Assembly (NCBI GenBank): GCA_047602425.1
Contig: JASGHG010000001.1
Location: 1-64,000, forward strand
DNA: 64,000 nt
Origin: Nibricoccus sp.
GTDB taxonomy: Bacteria > Verrucomicrobiota > Verrucomicrobiia > Opitutales > Opitutaceae
Direction: 5' to 3'
Shown here: positions 1-9,471 of the stretch, piece by piece
Position numbering within the stretch: the first letter of the stretch is position 1
How the letters are laid out: every line of letters starts with the position of its first letter
Notes under the pieces: model-generated
Told to the model about the DNA's origin: nothing
What the model saw: only the letters and a program-made list of their open reading frames with translations
Database searches by the model: none
Translations under genes and position numbers: made by a program

Positions 1-86
1 ACAGGGTCTCTCATCTGTCGGCAGCAAACGCGTTCACATCGCCGATGCCAAACACGAAAAAACCGCCGCGCCGGAGCGCTGGAGGA

Positions 87-1259
87 TTATTTCTTTGTGC
101 AAAGCGCGGTCAGCTGGCTCTCGAATTGCGCGACAATCACATCCCAGCTGATGGTCTGCGCCGTGATGCGCGCCGCTGCGCGGATTTGCGGCCAGACCGC
201 GCGTTTTCCCAAGATGTCGCGGCACTCCTGGATGAAGGCGGCTCGGTCGCCGAGTTTGACACTATAACCATTCATTCCCGTGCGCACATGCTGACGCATC
301 GCAGCGTAATCGTAACCCACAATCACCAAACCGCTGGCCATCGCCTCGGTGACGACGTTGCCAAAAGTCTCGGTTACGCTCGGAAACAAGAAAAGATCCG
401 CCGACGCATAGTACGCCGCCAGGTCCTCGCCTTTGCGCGTGCCCGCGTAGATGAAATCCGGATACTTGTCCTCCAACTCGGGGCGTTTCGGGCCGTCGCC
501 AACAACCACGAAACGCGTGCGCGGGTTGACCTGCCGAACCATTTGATAGGCTTCTACGGCGAGCTCGATATTTTTTTCCGGGGCCACGCGGCCGACGTGG
601 ATGACCACGGGATCGTCCGGTTCGGCGCCCCAGGCCCGGCGGAGCGCGTCGGAACGTTTCGCGGGCGAAAACAAGCGCGCGTCCACACCGCGGGAAAGCA
701 CGGCTAGTCGTTCAAATTTAAACCGAGACAGCCGCATGCGCATCTCTTCGGTCGGCACCAATGTGCACGCCGCACAATTGTGAAACCAACGCAGATACCG
801 CATCGCCAGGACCCGGCCAAAACGCATGCCATAGTGTCCGCCGTACTGCTGAAAGTTAGTGTGGAAACTCGAACTAACCGGGATCCCCAACGCCAAAGCG
901 GTTTTCAACGCCGAGTAACCCAAGGGCCCCTCGGTCGCAATGTGCACGACGTCCGGACGATTCTCCCGCCAACTCCGGCGCAACATTCCGCCCGCAGGCA
1001 AGCCCAACCGCAGCGAATTATAAAACGGGATAGGACAACCCGCCACCAGTCTCTGATCGAAACCTTCTGTGGCATTGTGCACCCGAGGCCCGGCGGAAGC
1101 TTCGCCTTTTTGTCGAGGTCGGACGATGGTCACGGGGTGCCTCCGATTGCCCAATCCCGAAACCAGTCGCTGCAACGTCAGGGCGACGCCGTTGACCTCG
1201 GGGGGAAAGGTTTCGGTAACCAACGCTATTTGCACAGCGGGGTTTGTGCTTTTATGCAA
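87..1259 (-). CDS. Glycosyltransferase family 4 (GT-B)
   Basis: N-terminal IALVTETFPPEVNGVA, HIATEGPLG, VGRVAPEKNI and the EX7E motif ETFGNVVTEAMASG. Confidence 0.92.
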   Translation of the reverse strand: MHKSTNPAVQIALVTETFPPEVNGVALTLQRLVSGLGNRRHPVTIVRPRQKGEASAGPRVHNATEGFDQRLVAGCPIPFYNSLRLGLPAGGMLRRSWRENRPDVVHIATEGPLGYSALKTALALGIPVSSSFHTNFQQYGGHYGMRFGRVLAMRYLRWFHNCAACTLVPTEEMRMRLSRFKFERLAVLSRGVDARLFSPAKRSDALRRAWGAEPDDPVVIHVGRVAPEKNIELAVEAYQMVRQVNPRTRFVVVGDGPKRPELEDKYPDFIYAGTRKGEDLAAYYASADLFLFPSVTETFGNVVTEAMASGLVIVGYDYAAMRQHVRTGMNGYSVKLGDRAAFIQECRDILGKRAVWPQIRAAARITAQTISWDVIVAQFESQLTALCTKK

Positions 1260-1307
1260 ACTGCCTGCAAGATTAAAATCTACCTTTCGTGTTCCATTTA
1301 GGTCACG

Positions 1308-1337
1308 AAAAAACCCTCCGATTTGTCGGAGGGTTTT
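1308..1337 (-). terminator. Rho-independent terminator after the FKBP gene (possibly bidirectional)
   Basis: AAAAAACCCTCCGA-TTTG-TCGGAGGGTTTT hairpin with A/T tails. Confidence 0.75.
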
Positions 1338-1373
1338 GGTTGTTGTAAGAGCTTAGCGAACGGATCCTTGCCG

Positions 1374-2159
1374 TTATTTCGTCGTCGGGGCCGGAGCGGC
1401 GGGGGCGACGGGAGCAGGCGGCGGTGTGGGAGCCGGCGGATTGATGTCGAGCAGGTCGACTTCAAAAATCAGCGCAGCGTTGGGCGGGATGCCTTGGTTG
1501 CCCTCTTCGCCGTAACCGAGTTTGGAGGGAACGTAGAGTTTGAGTTTGCCGCCCTTGTTGATCTTTTGGATGCCCTCGGTCCAGCCGGGGATGACGCGGT
1601 TCAACGCGAACTCGACGGGCTCGCCGCCGACGTTGCTGTCGAACTTCGTGCCATTGACGAGCGTGCCGGTGTAGAAAACCTTCACGGTGTCAGTGGCTTT
1701 TGGGAAATCGCCGGTGCCGGGCTTGAGAACTTCGTAACCCAAACCGCTGGGGAGGATGGTGACGGCCTTGTTGTTTTTCAGCTCGGCGAAGAATTTGTCG
1801 CCCTCGGCCTTGCCCTGCTCCTTGAGCTTGGTGACGTAGGCCTGCTGTTTGGCTTGCATGAACTTGCTGATTTCCATCCCGATCTTCTCAAGATCCTGAG
1901 GCGCTTCCTTGCCGGCGGCGGCGCTCTGCATGCCCTTCACGAGATTGTCCATCTGCTCCTTGGTGAAACCGAGCTCGGCAAAACCCTGTTGTTTGCCGAT
2001 GAACCAGCCGAGCGTTTCCATAATCTGCGCTTCAGTGTATTGAGGCGCAGCGGGCTGAGCCGTCGGAGCAGCAGCCGGTTTAACGTCCTGGGCGTACAGC
2101 GAGGCAACTGAACCAAGCGTGGCCACCAAGGCGGACTTGAGGATGTTTTTGAGTTTCAT
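1374..2159 (-). CDS. fkpA: FKBP-type peptidyl-prolyl cis-trans isomerase (FkpA/Mip-like)
   Basis: Signal peptide, N-terminal dimerisation helix, LPSGLGYEVL, YTGTLVNGTKFDS, VIPGWTEG, IPPNAALIFEVDL. Confidence 0.92.
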   Translation of the reverse strand: MKLKNILKSALVATLGSVASLYAQDVKPAAAPTAQPAAPQYTEAQIMETLGWFIGKQQGFAELGFTKEQMDNLVKGMQSAAAGKEAPQDLEKIGMEISKFMQAKQQAYVTKLKEQGKAEGDKFFAELKNNKAVTILPSGLGYEVLKPGTGDFPKATDTVKVFYTGTLVNGTKFDSNVGGEPVEFALNRVIPGWTEGIQKINKGGKLKLYVPSKLGYGEEGNQGIPPNAALIFEVDLLDINPPAPTPPPAPVAPAAPAPTTK

Positions 2160-2283
2160 GGGTGATTAAGAAGATGTCTTTGGAACCGGCGGATTGGATT
2201 TAGTGCCAGTAAAAATGCAGTAGATGCTCAGCGAACGGGCAAAAGCAAACAATTCCTGAGTGGGACCTCGCGGCGCTGAAGCC

Positions 2284-4842
2284 CTATTTTGCAGGCATTC
2301 GCGTCTCGGGCGGGCCAAGGTAAGTGCGCGGCGGCTCGCCCGTGAACAACACGAACTTGTCGATGACCACGCCGGGCTCCAAGCCGTACACTCGCAACGT
2401 GTGCGCGCCCGCCGTCGGAACCGTGAGCGTGGTTTGAGCGATACGAGTGTTGTCCAACACGCCTTGCGCCCATTCAGCCGAACCATCCTTAAAAGCTAAT
2501 TCTACGAGCTGCGGTTCGCCATCGTCGAGCGCCACGGCAAAACGCAACGCGTCGCCCGCGGTCGGATGCGTGGGGATGAGATAGGTGCGCAAGATAAAAG
2601 CTCCGAACGCGGGTAAAGTGAAATCGTACTCCACGGCGGGCGCCGCCGCCTTTGCCTGCTCGATGGCCACAGGCTTCGCGGCAAATGGCATCACGGTGAG
2701 CGAACCTGCACCGGTGCGCCCGAGTCCAGGCACGACCTGCCAACCGCCCGAAGCACGATCGGTCTTGCGCGTGAAGTTCTCGGCTTCGACCGCGAGAGCG
2801 ATGCCGGTGGTTCCTCCTTTGTCATCGGTCACGGCAGTAGGAAATTTTGACATTTCCCAGCGCGCGATGCGCATTGACTTCCAGTCGTTATCGGCTGGCT
2901 CAAGTTGGATGAAGTGCCGCCATTTACCGCTGGTGATTGTTTCGTTAAAATGGCGCGTCAGAAGATCCAGACGTGAATTCGCGTCAATCGCCTTCACGGC
3001 ATTGTCCATTTCGCCGTATAAATACCGCTCGTTCGCAGCTGCACTCGCGAGAATGGGATAACCGACAAGTTCGGTGAAAGATGGATTATCCTTTTCGGAA
3101 ATCGCTGCAGTGAGTTTCTGCACACGCGCCGAAATATCTGCAAATTTCACCAACCGTTCTTCGTGCTCGCCCGCCGTTAACGTACTCGCCCTCGGCGTTT
3201 CTTTCGGCAGCCACCATTGCAGGTGCTCGGGTTTGCGCTGATAATTCAGCTGATAATACGTCGTCATCACGTCGGCGATTTCCTTCGCGTGTTGCGCGCC
3301 GAACTCGCGTGTCGCCCACTCGACCAGAAACTCCGGCAAGTTCTCACGGTTCCAGCGTTTGATGTCCCACGCCATTTGCAGAAAAAACTCCGTGTCGATT
3401 TCGGCGGGTTTGATGTCCCCCACATTCACGATCCACATCTTCCGCGCACCGTGTTCGTAGGCCTTGTTCATTTCCTCCCAGATCAGCGCCGGAGGCGTCG
3501 TGCAAAGCCAGAGGTACGCAAGCGGACGTCCCAGGTAGGAGATGTGGTAGTAAACGCCGAAGCCGCCCGAACGCTTCTGCTCTTCGGGCGTGGCAAAATT
3601 CCGAATGTAGCCGAAATTATCGTCCGGCCACATGATCGTGACATCGTCGGGGACTTTCAGGCCTTTGCGGTATAAATCCAAAACCTCCTTGTAGGCACAA
3701 AACATCTGCGGCACCTGCTCCACTTCCGGTCGCGCGTATTTCGCAATCATTGCGCGCTGGTCGGCAAAAATCCGCTCCAACGCCGCGATGCGTTCCTCGT
3801 CGGTCTTCGGGCCGACCATGTTCGAATCGTGGATGCCTCGCATGCCGAGCGTGTAGACGTTTTCGAACTTTCCGTTGCTCGCCAGGCGTTCGTCCCAGTA
3901 TTTCAACACGCCGTCGCGGTTCGCGATGTAGTTGTAGGCGTCCTTCGGTGCGGTCCACTCGCCGACGTTGTTCCTCAACATCGGTTCGGCGTGCGACGAG
4001 CCCATCACGATCGCGTAATCGTCGGCCAGCCGCGCGTTTTCCGGGAAGGCGTTGAACGGCTTCGTGCAGGCGTGCATCGCCGGCCAGAGCGTGTTGGCTT
4101 TCAAGCGAAGCAAAAGTTCGAAGACTTTTTTGTAAACCTTAGGACCGATGCCGCCCTCCTCCGGCGCAAACGTCTTCGCCGCCCATGGCTGCAGGCCCCA
4201 GTCCTCGTCGTTGATGAAAATGCCGCGGTACTGCACCGATGGCGGGCCAAACCGCCGCGTACCGGACGCGACGTAGAGCGCATTTTTCTTTTCCGGAACC
4301 ACGTCGGCCCACCAATACCACGGCGATACGCCAATAGCCTGCGAGAGTTCGTAAACGCCGTAAGCCGTGCCGCGTCGATCGCTGCCGACAATCACCAGCG
4401 CCTGTTTCACGCCTGGTTGCGGGCTTTCGACCGTAGCGATGAGAAAGCTTTCCCATTTTCCGCGCAGCTCTGTGACGTCGACTTTTCCCGCGGACACCAA
4501 CCCATCGATCAGCGGACTTTTCCCGAGCGTGCCGATCCAGATGGCGTGAGGCGCAACTTTGCCTTTCGCCATCCCATCGCCGGTCGCTGTGATCACTACT
4601 GGTTTAAAACCCGTTACCCGCTCGACGTCTGCGGCCAAATCCTGTGCCGCGATCTCGACGACCTTGTAGTCTTCCGTCGAATACCGAATCGGCACCGTTC
4701 GGCCGTCGTGCACGAGAGGAAAATCACCGGACTTGGCCGTGTCCGAAACCCAAGTCGCCGTATCAGCAGCCAGCGGATTTATGAAGGCGAAGAGTCCGAA
4801 GAAAAAAAACAGCGCCGTAGCAATTCGGGGATAACGCATCAT
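2284..4842 (-). CDS. Glycoside hydrolase family 115 (xylan alpha-glucuronidase-like), secreted
   Basis: GSDRRGTAYG, IGVSPWYWWADV, YRGIFINDEDWGL, LKANTLWPAMH, GSSHAEPM, NVGDIKPAE; start uncertain (4839-4863). Confidence 0.92.
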   Translation of the reverse strand: MMRYPRIATALFFFFGLFAFINPLAADTATWVSDTAKSGDFPLVHDGRTVPIRYSTEDYKVVEIAAQDLAADVERVTGFKPVVITATGDGMAKGKVAPHAIWIGTLGKSPLIDGLVSAGKVDVTELRGKWESFLIATVESPQPGVKQALVIVGSDRRGTAYGVYELSQAIGVSPWYWWADVVPEKKNALYVASGTRRFGPPSVQYRGIFINDEDWGLQPWAAKTFAPEEGGIGPKVYKKVFELLLRLKANTLWPAMHACTKPFNAFPENARLADDYAIVMGSSHAEPMLRNNVGEWTAPKDAYNYIANRDGVLKYWDERLASNGKFENVYTLGMRGIHDSNMVGPKTDEERIAALERIFADQRAMIAKYARPEVEQVPQMFCAYKEVLDLYRKGLKVPDDVTIMWPDDNFGYIRNFATPEEQKRSGGFGVYYHISYLGRPLAYLWLCTTPPALIWEEMNKAYEHGARKMWIVNVGDIKPAEIDTEFFLQMAWDIKRWNRENLPEFLVEWATREFGAQHAKEIADVMTTYYQLNYQRKPEHLQWWLPKETPRASTLTAGEHEERLVKFADISARVQKLTAAISEKDNPSFTELVGYPILASAAANERYLYGEMDNAVKAIDANSRLDLLTRHFNETITSGKWRHFIQLEPADNDWKSMRIARWEMSKFPTAVTDDKGGTTGIALAVEAENFTRKTDRASGGWQVVPGLGRTGAGSLTVMPFAAKPVAIEQAKAAAPAVEYDFTLPAFGAFILRTYLIPTHPTAGDALRFAVALDDGEPQLVELAFKDGSAEWAQGVLDNTRIAQTTLTVPTAGAHTLRVYGLEPGVVIDKFVLFTGEPPRTYLGPPETRMPAK

Positions 4843-4971
4843 TGGGATAAAACTGTAGACCATGCTGCGCTTTGAACCACCGAAGCGCGAGCCAAAGCCC
4901 GTCCTCCCTTTTCAACCAGTCAGCCCGCTGCCGGCGCGATTCTCTTTCGTTCCAGTGTTTCAGATTAAAAT

Positions 4972-4999
4972 AAAAAAGCCGGGCGTTTGGCCCGGCCTT
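4972..4999 (-). terminator. Rho-independent terminator after the acyl carrier protein gene
   Basis: AAAAAAGCCGGGC-GTTTG-GCCCGGC; U-tract on the minus strand. Confidence 0.7.
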
Positions 5000-5055
5000 C
5001 GAAACTTAAACTTTGGTGCGATGACTATGCCTCGCTTCGGCTTCGCCTCAAAGAC

Positions 5056-5313
5056 TTACTTGCCCAACGCGGCGAACTTCGGGCCGAGGTATTCGGCGCA
5101 GCTGTTCAGCGTCGCGAGTTTCATGTAGTCGGCCTCGGGCACTTCGATGCCGTAGCGTTTGCGAAGCTCCATGACGATATCGAGGAAGTCCATCGAATCG
5201 AGTTGCATCTGCTCGCGCAGGCGAACGTCGGGCTTGAGATTGCTGGTGTCTTCGTCGGGCGCGATGTCCGAGATGATGTCGATGACTACCTTTTTGATTT
5301 CGTCGTTGGTCAT
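5056..5313 (-). CDS. acpP: Acyl carrier protein
   Basis: 85-aa acidic protein with phosphopantetheine site QLDSMDFLDIVMEL; adjacent to a KAS gene. Confidence 0.9.
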   Translation of the reverse strand: MTNDEIKKVVIDIISDIAPDEDTSNLKPDVRLREQMQLDSMDFLDIVMELRKRYGIEVPEADYMKLATLNSCAEYLGPKFAALGK

Positions 5314-5348
5314 GCTGAGAAGTGGGCGGATAAAGAGGGTATATCGGC

Positions 5349-6584
5349 TCAGGCGACGTAGCGTTTAACGATCAGCGCTGAATTGATACCGAGCATACCG
5401 AAGGAGTTGTTCAAGATGGCGTCAACCCGTTTTGCCTTCTTTGGCTGATTCAACACGAGGCCAGGCAATGCGCACTGCGGATCGAGGTCGTCGACGTTGA
5501 TCGTGGGATGAACAATCAGGTCGTCGAAGCTCGGCAGATTTCCCGCCAACTCCAGCGCGCCCGCTGCGCCCATCGCGTGGCCGATGAAACTTTTTGTGTT
5601 GTTCACGAGCGTGTCCGGGCTGTCCGCAAAAACCGTGCGAATACCCTGCGTCTCCTGAATGTCGCCAAGCGGCGTGGCCGTGGCGTGCGTGTTCACCAAA
5701 TCGATGTCGCGGGGCGTCATGCCGGCGTGCGCAATGGCTTTTTGGATACATTCGCTCTGACGCTCCGGATTTGGGAGAACGTAGTCGCTCGCGTCGGAGT
5801 TCACGTGGTAACCGGCGATCTCGCAGTAAATCTTCGCGCCGCGGGCGAGTGCGTCTTCGAGCCGTTCCAGCGTGTAGAGCGCGCCACCTTCGGAGATGAC
5901 GATGCCATTGCGCGCCTTGTCGAAGGGGCGGCTGGCTTTCTTCGGATCCTCGTGTGTCGCGAGCGCATTTTGCGATTTGAAACCCGCGAAAATGCCAAAC
6001 GTATGAATGCTTTCGCTCACGCCGCCGCAGATCGCGAGGTCAACTTCCCCGAGTCGCAGCATTTGCGTGGCGTGGATCAAGCCCATGTTGCCCGCCGCGC
6101 AAGCCGCGCCGATCGTGTAAGCGGGACCGGTCACGCCGAGGTGCAGAGAGGTTTCGCCTGCCGGGTTGTTGGCGACGCTGCGCGGGTTGTGGTAGTGCGA
6201 CCAGTACTTCGTTTCGTAGTTAAATTTGGAGATGTTGTAGATCTCGTTTTCGGTTTCGACGTTTCCGTGTTCCGTGCAGCCGATGTAAATGCCGACGCGA
6301 TCCTTCGCCTGCGCCTCGAAGTTGATTTTGCTGTCCGCCAGCGCCTCACGCGCGCAGTAGATCGCGATCGAACCCGCACGCGTGCCGACGCGAACTTCTT
6401 TCTTCTTCTGATATTTCAACGCGTCGTAATGACAGACGCCCGCGAGCTGCGTGCCCATGTAGCGGACATCGATACGCTCGACGCCCGCGACTCCGTTGAG
6501 GAGATTCTGCCGGAATTCGGCGAGATTGTTGCCGTTCGGGGCCGTGAGACCTACACCAGTGATAACGATGCGCGCTTGCTTCAT
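5349..6584 (-). CDS. fabF: Beta-ketoacyl-ACP synthase (FabF/FabB family)
   Basis: RIVITGVG start, catalytic Cys AACAAG, His motifs NTHATAT and KSFIGHAMGAAG, NSFGMLG; real start probably ATG at 6584. Confidence 0.88.
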   Translation of the reverse strand: MKQARIVITGVGLTAPNGNNLAEFRQNLLNGVAGVERIDVRYMGTQLAGVCHYDALKYQKKKEVRVGTRAGSIAIYCAREALADSKINFEAQAKDRVGIYIGCTEHGNVETENEIYNISKFNYETKYWSHYHNPRSVANNPAGETSLHLGVTGPAYTIGAACAAGNMGLIHATQMLRLGEVDLAICGGVSESIHTFGIFAGFKSQNALATHEDPKKASRPFDKARNGIVISEGGALYTLERLEDALARGAKIYCEIAGYHVNSDASDYVLPNPERQSECIQKAIAHAGMTPRDIDLVNTHATATPLGDIQETQGIRTVFADSPDTLVNNTKSFIGHAMGAAGALELAGNLPSFDDLIVHPTINVDDLDPQCALPGLVLNQPKKAKRVDAILNNSFGMLGINSALIVKRYVA

Positions 6585-6644
6585 GAAAAAAGGAATGAAA
6601 ATGGCTAGCCATCCCCCGGCCAAAAGCAATACAAGCCTCGCCGC

Positions 6645-7637
6645 ATGAACGTACTCGTTGTTGGAGGCGCCGGTTACATCGGCAGCCATTGTGTTCGCCA
6701 GCTCACCGCCGCGGGCCATCGCCCGGTGGTGCTGGACAATTTAGTCTTCGGTCATCGCTCCGCCGTGGCGTCCAGCGTGCCTTTTTACGACGCCAATCTC
6801 GGCGACGAAGCCGCCGTCGGCAAAATCCTCGTCGATGAAAAAATCGACGTCGTCATGCACTTCGCCGCCTACGCTTACGTCGGCGAATCCGTCACCGATC
6901 CGCTCAAATACTATTTCAACAACCTCGCCGCTCCTCTGAACCTCCTCAAGGTGATGCTGGAGAAGAAGGTCACGAAATTCGTGTTCTCTTCGACCTGCGC
7001 CACCTTCGGCGTGCCGGAGAAAATGCCAATCGTCGAAACGCTGCGTCAGGCTCCCATCAATCCCTACGGCCAGACCAAGCTCGATGTTGAAAATCTCCTC
7101 AAAGCCCTCGCCGTCGCCCACGGCCTGAGCTTCGCCGCCTTCCGCTACTTCAACGCCGCCGGCGCCGCCGAAGACGGAACCATTGGCGAGGACCATAATC
7201 CCGAGACCCACCTCATCCCGCTCGCGATTGACGCCGCCACGGGCAAACGTCCAGCGCTCCAGGTCTTCGGCAACGACTACCCCACACCCGACGGCACCTG
7301 TCTCCGCGACTATGTGCACGTCGATGACCTCAGCCGCGCGCACATCGCCGTCTTCGACAAACTCGCGAAACCTGGCACCGCCCTCTTCTATAACCTTGGC
7401 ACAGGTACACCGACTTCCGTGCTCGAAGTCATCCGCGCCGTGGAAAAAATTACGGGCAAAAAAGTCCCCTACACCATGGCCCCGCGACGCGCCGGCGATC
7501 CACCGGCCCTCTACGCGGACTCGACCAAGGCCAAGACCGAACTCAATTGGCAGGTAAAATTCCCCTCCATCGAGCCCATCGTCGCCACTGCCTGGAAGTG
7601 GCACTCGGCCCATCCCAATGGGTTCGGCAAAAAGTAA
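6645..7637 (+). CDS. galE: UDP-glucose 4-epimerase
   Basis: GGAGYIGSH, FSSTCATFG, PYGQTK (YxxxK), FRYFNAAGA, PDGTCLRDYVHV. Confidence 0.95.
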   Translation: MNVLVVGGAGYIGSHCVRQLTAAGHRPVVLDNLVFGHRSAVASSVPFYDANLGDEAAVGKILVDEKIDVVMHFAAYAYVGESVTDPLKYYFNNLAAPLNLLKVMLEKKVTKFVFSSTCATFGVPEKMPIVETLRQAPINPYGQTKLDVENLLKALAVAHGLSFAAFRYFNAAGAAEDGTIGEDHNPETHLIPLAIDAATGKRPALQVFGNDYPTPDGTCLRDYVHVDDLSRAHIAVFDKLAKPGTALFYNLGTGTPTSVLEVIRAVEKITGKKVPYTMAPRRAGDPPALYADSTKAKTELNWQVKFPSIEPIVATAWKWHSAHPNGFGKK

Positions 7638-7665
7638 GCCGCAAACCCTCGAGCCAACCTTTACC

Positions 7666-7693
7666 AAGGGACCTTTCCAAAGGTCCCTTTTTT
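7666..7693 (+). terminator. Rho-independent terminator after galE
   Basis: AAGGGACCTTT-CC-AAAGGTCCCTT followed by a T run. Confidence 0.75.
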
Positions 7694-7796
7694 GTGCCTA
7701 TTACCGGTTGCCCGTGGTGCCGGACTGATTGACTGAACCAAAAATCCGAAGAGCGCGATTGATCCAATTCGGTTTATCCCCTATAAACCGCTCACC

Positions 7797-8348
7797 ATGC
7801 AAATACTCCAGCCCCGCCGGCGCCAGGTTGTTTTTATCCTCGGCGTCCTGATCCTCCCGCTTCTTTTCAGCGCCTGCACGTCCAACACGCCCTATCAACG
7901 CATCGGCAATCGCAAGGAAGGAGGCTATTCGTTCGTGCGCCATTCGAAGGACACGTATTCAGTCACGTATCAAGGCGCTGAATACTCGAAGCCTGAACAG
8001 ATTTACGACTATGCGCTGCTCCGCTCGGCTGAACTTACAGTGGAGAGCGGCTACAAATATTTCGTCGTCAATTCCGACAACGACCGCAGTCGCAACAGCA
8101 CCCGCTACACCCCTGGCTCGCCTGGATTTCGCACCATGGAGCATGGCATCACTTCCACCGGCCGCACGTACACTTATTCCAGTTACACGCCCGGTTTTTC
8201 GGGCAGCGTGTCCACGGTCAGAGTTCCGATCTACACTTTGATGATTAAAATGTACCCCGCGAAGGAAGGCATCCAGGCACCCGAAAATTATATCTATGAG
8301 GCCGCACCTTTGATCATTCAGCTGAAAGCGAAACATCAGCTGAAATAA
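7797..8348 (+). CDS. Putative lipoprotein (CC0125/CC1285-like), copy 1
   Basis: Lipobox-like LFSAC, TPYQ..GGYS, DYALLRSAELTVESGYKYF. Confidence 0.8.
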   Translation: MQILQPRRRQVVFILGVLILPLLFSACTSNTPYQRIGNRKEGGYSFVRHSKDTYSVTYQGAEYSKPEQIYDYALLRSAELTVESGYKYFVVNSDNDRSRNSTRYTPGSPGFRTMEHGITSTGRTYTYSSYTPGFSGSVSTVRVPIYTLMIKMYPAKEGIQAPENYIYEAAPLIIQLKAKHQLK

Positions 8349-8460
8349 CGGCGGCGTCCCGGAGCCTCGTCGAAATATTTTGGTAAACGCGCGCAGGGTC
8401 GTGCGTGAAAACGTTCGCGGTTGATGGGTTCTTTTCCCCCCTAGGTTAGGAGCCGATCAC

Positions 8461-8823
8461 ATGAAACCCGAACGTCGCTTTAATCCCCCTGTTTTTAACC
8501 CGGAAAAATTTCTCGCGCAGGAAAAGCAAAAGGCGGCCGCCAAGCTGCGCCCACGACAAGGATTATTTCTGCCTGTTTCTTTTTCGAAGGATCGCCTCGA
8601 AGCGCTCATCGGCCGCGTACTGGGCGACAAGCCCGATGCGTTTTATCTCGGGCCCGACGCGGCGAAAAACAAATCGCTCCAGGCCCTCTGGACAAAAGAG
8701 ATCGGCAAGGAGTTGACGGTGTATGGCATCGCCCCAGATCCGATGCTGATCCTGTATCTTCTTGCCGGCGTCATCAGTCATCCGCTGTACAAACGGGCCG
8801 CACGAAAACGCAAAAGCACCTGA
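8461..8823 (+). CDS. Hypothetical protein
   Basis: 120-aa ORF with AGGAG upstream of the ATG, fills the gap between two paralogues; no motif recognised. Confidence 0.65.
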   Translation: MKPERRFNPPVFNPEKFLAQEKQKAAAKLRPRQGLFLPVSFSKDRLEALIGRVLGDKPDAFYLGPDAAKNKSLQALWTKEIGKELTVYGIAPDPMLILYLLAGVISHPLYKRAARKRKST

Positions 8824-8918
8824 CATTTCGCACAACTGCGTTTTGTTCCCATTCAAAAGATTCAGCGAAGGGAATGAAGAGTTGACCACCTTCGAAAACG
8901 AGTTCTACAGGTTTTTTC

Positions 8919-9470
8919 GTGCAACAGATTCTTAAAATTTACGGCTTTTGGAGGCGCTATTTGTGTCTTCTTTTGCTTCCCTTTCTCTTCGCCGGATGCG
9001 GATCCGTCACACCGTACCAAGGCATCGGAAAAAACAAAGAGGGCGGCTATTCGTCCACGCGGCGGTCCGACGATTCCTATTCGGTCACGTATCAAGGTAC
9101 TGAATACTCGCAACGCCAGCAGGTGTATGACTACACGCTGCTTCGCTCGGCAGAGCTCACGCTGGAATGCGGGTACACCTATTTCACCGTTCTCTCGGAT
9201 GACGATCGCAGCCGGAACACCTATCGCTACAACCCCGGCATGCCGGCGTCTCGCGAAACTGAATATCGCACGTCGCCGCTGGGAACTCCCTACACGTACA
9301 CCACCTACAGCCCTGCGACCACCGGCCAATCGGTTCCGATCAAGATTCCTGCCTACACTTTCACGATCAAGATGTATAACGAAAGCAATGTCCCGCGCCC
9401 GCCATCCGGTCATGCCCGGGAAGCCGCTCCGTTGATCAGTCAGCTTAAGGCGAAATACGGATTGAAATAA
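8919..9470 (+). CDS. Putative lipoprotein (CC0125/CC1285-like), copy 2
   Basis: Lipobox LFAGC; colinear with 7797-8348 (YSVTYQG, LLRSAELT, EAAPLI.QLKAK..LK). Confidence 0.8.
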   Translation: MQQILKIYGFWRRYLCLLLLPFLFAGCGSVTPYQGIGKNKEGGYSSTRRSDDSYSVTYQGTEYSQRQQVYDYTLLRSAELTLECGYTYFTVLSDDDRSRNTYRYNPGMPASRETEYRTSPLGTPYTYTTYSPATTGQSVPIKIPAYTFTIKMYNESNVPRPPSGHAREAAPLISQLKAKYGLK

Positions 9471-9471
9471 A

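Noticed and set aside
6585..6719. fabF extension overlapping galE
   Set aside because: The KAS fold starts at MKQARIVITG (6584); the extension would overlap the divergent gene
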